Source: Amoeboradix gromovi X-113 (taxonomy: Eukaryota; Fungi; Sanchytriomycota). Taken from it: 5,382 nucleotides of DNA. Below, piece after piece: positions 1-5,382 of the stretch; the stretch's first letter is position 1, and each line of letters begins with the position of its first letter. The notes under the pieces were generated by a model, which was given only the letters and a program-made list of their open reading frames with translations, searched no databases and had not been told where the DNA came from. The DNA lies in contig JADGIF010000663.1 in the NCBI GenBank assembly GCA_018985225.1, positions 1 through 5,382 of the forward strand, in the 5' to 3' direction. The position numbers and the translations under genes were made by a program.

Positions 1-82
1 GGACACTACTGTGAAAACTTCAACTGGGTAAATCTCGTCACCCGCTTTTTACCCCTAGTCTAGTTTTTACAGAGCATGTCCC
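1..82. repeat. Short fold-back / MITE-like element A (imperfect hairpin, possibly clipped by the window edge)
   Basis: 1-32 GGACACTACTGTGAAAACTTCAACTGGGTAAA aligns with the reverse complement of 48-81 (GGACATGCTCTGTAAAAACTAGACTAGGGGTAAA); shared blocks GGACA, CTGT, AAAACT, ACT, GGGTAAA; 15-nt loop at 33-47. Confidence 0.55.
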
Positions 83-84
83 AT

Positions 85-392
85 GGGGACATCAAATACA
101 AAAACTAGACTAACTTTCTGAAATAGTTTGAATCATTATTTCAAATATGTGTTAACCGAAAGTAAATTAAATTAAATTAATCTTATTGGTTGCACCTTTT
201 GCTTAGACACTCAAAGACCTTCACTAGTTGAAAGAGATAGTGGGTCATCTTGTTATATTTTAAAAAGAGGAACGACATTAATGAAAGAAAATTGGTTTAA
301 AAGAAGAAGGACTTTTATTAATAACAGTATTTCGTCCATATGGAGCACCACCTTTAAAAACGACTTGGTCTAGTTTTTATATTTGGTGTCCT
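85..392. mobile_element. Putative non-autonomous DNA transposon (MITE-like element B) with ~27-bp terminal inverted repeats
   Basis: 87-113 GGACATCAAATACAAAAACTAGACTAA matches the reverse complement of 365-391 TTGGTCTAGTTTTTATATTTGGTGTCC at 24/27 positions (all three differences are transitions). Interior is AT-rich with no listed ORF. AT dinucleotide on both flanks (83-84 and 393-394). Confidence 0.65.
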
Positions 393-944
393 ATTTATTT
401 AAGTATAGGAAGTTGATCAATTAGAGATCTGGAGTTCGTGTAATCACTACAGATAATTTGTAGAACTAGGATCTATCACTCAAGAATCCTGCTTTTGTAG
501 TAAGTGATATGGAATAGGCTTATTGTTTTATAACTTAAGCGACCGGTTATTGCAGATGCATTCTTTCCTTTCTCGAAGCATGCATTAACTATTTATTAGC
601 TACTTCTTTAGAACTGGACCCATTTACATCTTCATATCATCAGATACGAAAGAAAGACATCCAACGCTGCCTTGTTTGTGAGCAAGACGACATTACAACA
701 TTAGGACTGAATATGAAAATGGTAATCAGTTGAGATATTGCAACATATGCTCAAGCGCTAATTAGTTAAGCTATCTTGAAAGAAATATTGCCGGCTAATT
801 TCATATTGAGAAAGACTTAAGGGCATATTGTAGAACAGACACATTTTTCCAGGAGGTCCTTCGACTTGGATTAGCGTACATTTCTGAAATTGGGTCCCAT
901 AAGATTTCTATAATAGTTATGATTTCGGATCTGGAAGGTCAAAA

Positions 945-1481
945 CTACTTTATCGAAAAGCTGGACGAGTGGATAAAGTCGTCCGATTTTTTGACGAGCA
1001 AATCAAAATGTGGATGATTAGGATCAGGCTCATTAATCCTTATAAGTTGTGCTGATGATTTATTGACACTAAATGAAAGCAGATATATGTGATTGTTGGA
1101 AAAAGGAGGACAAGTTTGATGAGGATAAAAAACAGTAAGGATTGGATAATTGTAACAATAAATCTTTAAAGGATATTGATTGCTTAGTATCAAGCAGTAT
1201 AAATCATTGTATATTTGATTTTGCCAAAAATTTAAATTTGGAAGTTGCATTGAATAGTCCAAGGTAAGGGAACATATCTGCTGAGACTCTGAATCTTGCT
1301 CTTTAAAATCGATTCGCCTGACTGTTTTATAAAAAGCAATATTATTATCACGGTCGGTCAATATCTCATACTGAACTAGTTTCGAATATTTCAAATGAGA
1401 CACATAATAGTGACGGTAGATTCCCTTTTGCTTCTCAGTATACATTAGAGGGTTCTTAGCTTCAATGCTTGGGTGTGTCAT
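945..1481 (-). CDS. Hypothetical protein, 178 aa, no recognisable family
   Basis: 537-nt ATG-initiated open frame in AT-rich DNA where stops are frequent; divergent from the 1737 ORF. No motif recognised. Start uncertain (weak context, possible small upstream exon). Confidence 0.6.
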   Translation of the reverse strand: MTHPSIEAKNPLMYTEKQKGIYRHYYVSHLKYSKLVQYEILTDRDNNIAFYKTVRRIDFKEQDSESQQICSLTLDYSMQLPNLNFWQNQIYNDLYCLILSNQYPLKIYCYNYPILTVFYPHQTCPPFSNNHIYLLSFSVNKSSAQLIRINEPDPNHPHFDLLVKKSDDFIHSSSFSIK

Positions 1482-1668
1482 GGAGATATAACTCTGCTCC
1501 AGGGCTTGCGTATTTCAAATTAATTTTATACAAAATTACGAGTGTAATCATCTTTCAAGATTGGCCTTATACAATAAATACGCGCTCTAAAAATTATGAA
1601 AGGAATCCAAATGTACCGTACTTGGAACTATTAACTTTTATTCTTTACTTGATTTTATATTGGGTATT

Positions 1669-1691
1669 TCGAATGTTCTTGTTTTCACGAA
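1669..1691. promoter_or_regulatory. Heat-shock-element-like site in the divergent promoter of the orphan pair
   Basis: cGAAtgTTCt at 1670-1679 and a second inverted pair TTCacGAA at 1684-1691; 1669-1682 is identical to 2543-2556 in the HSP10/HSP60 promoter. Confidence 0.5.
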
Positions 1692-1736
1692 GAATCAATA
1701 GGCCAAACTTATTTCGTAGAATCTTAGTTTTACGTT

Positions 1737-2177
1737 ATGTCCAAAAAAAAAGAGATTGTACCGGAGAACCGATTGCATGTAAGCGATCAACAGTTATATC
1801 AACAAGCTATGTATTATCAGCATCCAGCAATGTATTTTATCCCAAATTTTATGTACCAACAGCCTAGGCCAATTCAGTATGTACCTATTCTTCCAAAGAG
1901 GTCAGATGCTGAGCATACTACAAGTGTTAACGTTCAAACCCATGATGCAGTGAACAAAGTTGCTGAAGTTCCTAGAATTAGTATTCCAATTAAAACTGAA
2001 TTTATTGCTGCGAAAACTTTATCGCCCGTTAGAAGCTCATCTTCATATTTTCCTCTTAGCCCTCTAAGCCCTGATTTTTTAAAGGGCTTATCTCCGATGC
2101 TTCTTGCTAAAAAAAGGTATTATGCGGAAAAAGATGAGGATGAATTAACAAAGAAACAGAGACTAGATGTAGACTAG
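1737..2177 (+). CDS. Hypothetical 146-aa low-complexity, probably disordered nuclear protein
   Basis: ATG with purine at -3; Q/Y/M/P-rich N-terminus, PILPK, PRISIP, IKTE, four SP sites and a C-terminal bipartite NLS-like KKR-x11-KKQR; stop lies 4 bp from the HSP10 stop, fitting the tight packing. Confidence 0.7.
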   Translation: MSKKKEIVPENRLHVSDQQLYQQAMYYQHPAMYFIPNFMYQQPRPIQYVPILPKRSDAEHTTSVNVQTHDAVNKVAEVPRISIPIKTEFIAAKTLSPVRSSSSYFPLSPLSPDFLKGLSPMLLAKKRYYAEKDEDELTKKQRLDVD

Positions 2178-2181
2178 TAAA

Positions 2182-2496
2182 TTAGTTTATTTTAGCCAAG
2201 ATTTCACTGTCTCTAACAATAATGAACTCTTCATCATCAAATTTAATTGTATTTCCAGTAAAGTTTGGAAGCACAATTTTGTCACCAGTCTTTACACTAA
2301 CAGGCAAAGTTTTACCGTCTTTTGTTACCATACCAGATCCGGTTGCTAGTACCAAACCTTGATTAACTGCTTCTTGGCTCTTCTCTGGAATAAAAATACC
2401 AGACTTGGTTCTATCTTGTGCTTTAATTCTCTGTACTAGAACTCTATCTAGTAAAGGCACAACAGATTTTGCAGCTTTTTGAGCAATAGATGACAT
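2182..2496 (-). CDS. HSP10: Mitochondrial 10 kDa co-chaperonin (Hsp10/Cpn10, GroES family), 104 aa
   Basis: PLLDRVLVQRIKA, mobile loop KSGIFIPEK, GLVLATGSG, VSVKTGDK, RDSEILAKI. True start is the ATG at 2496 (gaaATG, MSSIAQKAAKSVVP), not the GTG at 2583 used by the ORF track. Confidence 0.97.
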   Translation of the reverse strand: MSSIAQKAAKSVVPLLDRVLVQRIKAQDRTKSGIFIPEKSQEAVNQGLVLATGSGMVTKDGKTLPVSVKTGDKIVLPNFTGNTIKFDDEEFIIVRDSEILAKIN

Positions 2497-2589
2497 TTCA
2501 AGGAGTGATCCACCCAATGGTAACCCGTAGACTCCTTTCCTCTCGAATGTTCTTGTGATGGAAAATTGCGCAAATTTCCACAACCGGAG
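2497..2589. promoter_or_regulatory. 93-bp bidirectional HSP10/HSP60 promoter region
   Basis: Lies between the two divergent ATGs; contains CCAAT (2514-2518), HSE-like CTCtcGAAtgTTC (2540-2552) and a 22-bp near-perfect palindrome (2559-2580). Confidence 0.8.
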
Positions 2590-4269
2590 ATGAAACGATT
2601 CGGTAGATCATTTGGAAATCACAAAGATATTACTTTTGGTGGGGAAGCTAGAGAAAAGCTTAGCCAAGGTGTCAAAAAGCTGAGTCAAGCGGTTGCAGTT
2701 ACCTTAGGACCTAAAGGTAGAAATGTTTTAATTGAGCAAAGCTTCGGCTCACCCAAAATCACAAAAGATGGTGTCACAGTTGCAAAGGCTGTTGTATTAG
2801 AAGACAAGTTTGAAAACTTGGGCGCCAAACTGGTCCAAGACGTTGCCAATAAAACAAATGAAGTGGCTGGTGATGGTACAACTACAGCAACCGTTTTAGC
2901 CGCTGCCATCTTCACTGAATCCTTAAAAAATGTCGCTGCAGGATGTAATCCCACTGATTTAAGAAAAGGCGTTCAAGTCGCTGTTGAAAAAGTCATTGAA
3001 CATCTAAAGAAAAATGCTAAGAACATCACAACAAGTGAGGAGATTGCCCAGGTTGCTACAATTAGCTCCAACGGTGATGCAGAGGTTGGCAAACTAATTG
3101 CAGCTGCCATGGAAAAAGTTGGTAAGGAAGGTGTTATCACAGTACAGGAGGGTAAGACTATTCATGATGTTGTTGACATTACTGAAGGTATGAAGTTTGA
3201 CCGTGGCTATATCTCTCCTTACTTTGTCACAGATGTAAAGAGCGCCAAGGTCGAATTCGAAAACCCTAATATTCTTCTTACAGATAAGAAGATCAGTGCT
3301 CTTCAAGACATTTTGCCAGCTTTGGAGATGTGCGCTACTAACAGAACTCCTTTGGTCATTATCGCTGAAGATGTAGAGGGTGAAGCGCTAGCTGCTTGCA
3401 TCTTAAACAAGTTAAGGGGTCAGGTTCAGGTGGCCGCTATAAAGGCACCTGGATTTGGTGACAACAGAAAGGCTATTTTGGATGATATCGCCACTTTAAC
3501 TAAAGGAACAGTATACAGTGATGACGTTGATATGAAATTGGAAAAATTAACCCAGCAAGATTTAGGAAGCTGTGGTTCATTAACTATCACCAAGGATGAC
3601 ACTATTATCTTAAACGGAAAGGGTGAGAAAACTAGTATTGCTGCAAGATGTGAGCAAATTAGAATTCAGGTGGAAGACACAACAAGTGAATACGAAAAGG
3701 AGAAGTTACAAGAAAGATTAGCTAAGCTAAGTGGAGGAGTTGCTGTTATTAAAGTAGGTGGATCCAGTGAGGTTGAAGTTAGCGAAAAAAAGGATAGGTA
3801 TGTTGATGCTTTAAATGCGACAAAAGCAGCTGTCGAGGAAGGTATTCTACCGGGAGGCGGTACTGCTTTACTCAAGGCTTCCAAGATTTTAGATTCGGTT
3901 AAATTATCTAACTTTGACCAACAATTAGGCATTGAAATCATCAAAAGAGCTTTAAGAGCACCAGCACTGACTATTGTTAACAACGCTGGAACTGAGGCTA
4001 AAGGAGAGTATGTCATTGGTAAATTGCTAGATCAGTCTGAATTCCAACTAGGATATGACGCAGCAACTGGTGAATATGTGGATATGATTAAGAATGGCAT
4101 CGTAGACCCGTTAAAAGTAACTAGAACTGCTTTGCAAGATGCAAGTGGCGTGGCTTCTTTATTAGCTACAAGTGAATGTTTAATTGTAGATTCTCCAAAG
4201 CCGGATGCACCAGCAGCGCCGCCAATGGGAGGTATGGGTGGCATGGGAGGAATGGGCGGAATGATGTAA
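2590..4269 (+). CDS. HSP60: Mitochondrial chaperonin Hsp60 (Cpn60/GroEL family), 559 aa
   Basis: [32 protein letters not shown], fungal-type NVAAGCNP and [44 protein letters not shown] tail. First in-frame ATG at 2590 (the track's 2566 start is TTG). Uninterrupted frame. Confidence 0.98.
   Translation: MKRFGRSFGNHKDITFGGEAREKLSQGVKKLSQAVAVTLGPKGRNVLIEQSFGSPKITKDGVTVAKAVVLEDKFENLGAKLVQDVANKTNEVAGDGTTTATVLAAAIFTESLKNVAAGCNPTDLRKGVQVAVEKVIEHLKKNAKNITTSEEIAQVATISSNGDAEVGKLIAAAMEKVGKEGVITVQEGKTIHDVVDITEGMKFDRGYISPYFVTDVKSAKVEFENPNILLTDKKISALQDILPALEMCATNRTPLVIIAEDVEGEALAACILNKLRGQVQVAAIKAPGFGDNRKAILDDIATLTKGTVYSDDVDMKLEKLTQQDLGSCGSLTITKDDTIILNGKGEKTSIAARCEQIRIQVEDTTSEYEKEKLQERLAKLSGGVAVIKVGGSSEVEVSEKKDRYVDALNATKAAVEEGILPGGGTALLKASKILDSVKLSNFDQQLGIEIIKRALRAPALTIVNNAGTEAKGEYVIGKLLDQSEFQLGYDAATGEYVDMIKNGIVDPLKVTRTALQDASGVASLLATSECLIVDSPKPDAPAAPPMGGMGGMGGMGGMM
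4225..4266 (+). repeat. Coding (MGG)4-MM repeat, Hsp60 C-terminal tail
   Basis: ATGGGAGGT ATGGGTGGC ATGGGAGGA ATGGGCGGA ATGATG; standard group I chaperonin tail. Confidence 0.9.
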
Positions 4270-4273
4270 GCAA

Positions 4274-4289
4274 ATTAAAATTAAATAAA
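4274..4289 (+). terminator. Candidate polyadenylation signals for HSP60
   Basis: ATTAAA (4274-4279, 4280-4285) and AATAAA (4284-4289) in the 30-bp gap between the convergent HSP60 and FPPS stops. Confidence 0.4.
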
Positions 4290-4299
4290 CAGTTGAATG

Positions 4300-5304
4300 T
4301 TATTTACTTCTTTTTCTCAAGGTATCCAAAATTGAATTTATACTGAATTTAAAATCGAGAACCGCCAATCTGGATTGAATTCGATCAAAAAGTTTCTGCT
4401 CAAATTCTTGAAATTTTGATTTAATATCCAGCTCAGAGTACAACTGAATTTGCTCATCTTTTTTGAATTGTGATTTAGCTGTTAGTCGATGCAACTCACT
4501 TTTAAGCCACGTAGTTTTATTATTGTTAACATCCTGAAACTGATCTTTACCAGTTAAGTCCTTAGGAAGAATATCAAGCATATCATCCTGTGATTGAAAA
4601 TAGTATCCCATGTCGATAGATAGCTCATGCACATGCATTGCCAGTGTCTCGGGTTTAGGAAAGAAGTTCGTAGCATTAGAAATGAAATGCTTGTTAATAC
4701 GTTTTGATTGTAAATAAGGGAGGGAAGGAATAACAGAACCAATTCTTTGATTGATATCGACATTAGCGTTCAAGAGCGCAAGCATGATGGGGAGGTAAAA
4801 AGTGTAATAACTAGTTTTGTACTGGCAAATATGGAAATGTGTCGAGTGAGAAATATCGATAGAATTTGATGTATTATCAGATTTCATATCAAGATGTTGA
4901 CCAAACATTGTGCAGAGATGCACATTATTAAACAAATCAACTATTTCAAGATAATTGGAATGGTCTTTGAAGTGACTAGAAAGTGTGCTATGAATCAATT
5001 CGCGAAGGAATATTCCATCATTGATAGCACTTAACCCAACTTGTTTATGCCAGGCCAAGTGGCCACGGCGGTAATCAGACTGATCCATGATATCATCAAG
5101 AATTAAGTAAGAGGACTGAAGATACTCAACAGATGCACCTAGTAAGGATGCAAAAAATAAATTAGAATTATTTAATTCCTTTGATACAGATATGGTCAGG
5201 CTACCGCGAATTAGTTTACCATTTGACAAATTATTTTTAATAACTTCTAGGAAGTGTGGATCCGATATTTGATTTGCAATTCCTTGAATAGCCTTCTTCA
5301 ACAT
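4300..5304 (-). CDS. ERG20: Trans-prenyl diphosphate synthase, eukaryotic farnesyl diphosphate synthase (ERG20/FDPS) type, divergent, 334 aa
   Basis: GKLIRG, first Asp-rich motif DDIMD followed by RRG, AIND, GQHLD, YKTSYYTFYLP, second Asp-rich motif FQSQDDMLD, NKTTW, basic C-terminus KRSK; caaaATG start context. Confidence 0.9.
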   Translation of the reverse strand: MLKKAIQGIANQISDPHFLEVIKNNLSNGKLIRGSLTISVSKELNNSNLFFASLLGASVEYLQSSYLILDDIMDQSDYRRGHLAWHKQVGLSAINDGIFLRELIHSTLSSHFKDHSNYLEIVDLFNNVHLCTMFGQHLDMKSDNTSNSIDISHSTHFHICQYKTSYYTFYLPIMLALLNANVDINQRIGSVIPSLPYLQSKRINKHFISNATNFFPKPETLAMHVHELSIDMGYYFQSQDDMLDILPKDLTGKDQFQDVNNNKTTWLKSELHRLTAKSQFKKDEQIQLYSELDIKSKFQEFEQKLFDRIQSRLAVLDFKFSINSILDTLRKRSK

Positions 5305-5382
5305 TTTGTTTTACTCCGTCCGGCATTCAAAATGTCCTATTGAGTAAATCATGATTTGTGGATACCGATGTAGCACCACTGT

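Noticed and set aside
164-181. (AATTA)n short tandem run
   Set aside because: Low-complexity AT sequence inside element B; no separate significance.
1-394. CRISPR array or integron attC array interpretation of the repeated motif
   Set aside because: Copies are inverted and irregularly spaced, the context is eukaryotic, and there is no cas or integrase gene.
443-509. CACTACA...TGTAGTA and TATCACT...AGTGATA short inverted repeats (CACTA-like)
   Set aside because: Only 6-7 bp matches in AT-rich DNA, no target duplication; compatible with chance.
1469-1867. 132-aa + strand ORF from the track
   Set aside because: TTG start, overlaps both neighbouring ORFs, spans the divergent promoter and has no recognisable features; likely spurious.
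2497-2589. N-terminal extensions of Hsp10 (from 2583) and Hsp60 (from 2566) giving overlapping ORFs
   Set aside because: They rely on GTG/TTG starts; homology begins at the ATGs at 2496 and 2590, both with a purine at -3.
2685-4244. Four antisense ORFs inside HSP60 (2685-2954, 3094-3306, 3666-4016, 4032-4244)
   Set aside because: Shadow frames of a conserved coding sequence; no independent evidence.
2182-4269. Bacterial groES-groEL operon or giant-virus origin
   Set aside because: The genes are divergent rather than co-oriented, Hsp60 has fungal mitochondrial signatures and a presequence, FPPS is eukaryote-type, and no viral hallmark gene is present.
4554-4763. 69-aa alternative-frame ORF within FPPS
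   Set aside because: Short, nested out of frame in a conserved gene, no motif.
2182-5304. Functional chaperonin-isoprenoid biosynthetic cluster
   Set aside because: No other pathway gene is present and the shared 14-mer is absent from the visible FPPS upstream region; adjacency is adequately explained by genome compaction.
5332-5382. ATGTCCTATT resembling the element B right end, and an ATG at 5351 open to the window edge
   Set aside because: The 9-bp match lacks the AAAACTAGAC block; the ORF has only 10 visible codons and cannot be supported.

Overview
AT-rich, very compact eukaryotic nuclear DNA, most likely fungal judging by the Hsp60, Hsp10 and FPPS signatures; no intron is needed for the conserved genes. 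The core is two back-to-back divergent gene pairs: an orphan pair (178-aa ORF on -, 146-aa disordered motif-rich ORF on +) and the mitochondrial chaperonin pair HSP10(-)/HSP60(+), whose ATGs are only 93 bp apart. A divergent ERG20/FPPS-type prenyl diphosphate synthase (-) follows, converging on HSP60. Both divergent promoters carry the identical 14-mer TCGAATGTTCTTGT with a heat-shock-element core, suggesting the orphan pair is co-regulated with the chaperonins. The first ~395 bp hold four copies of a ~27-bp motif in alternating orientation, which define two abutting non-coding terminal-inverted-repeat (MITE-like) elements bordered by AT dinucleotides. No rRNA, tRNA or CRISPR array was seen. 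Comparisons with known proteins are from memory, not database searches.
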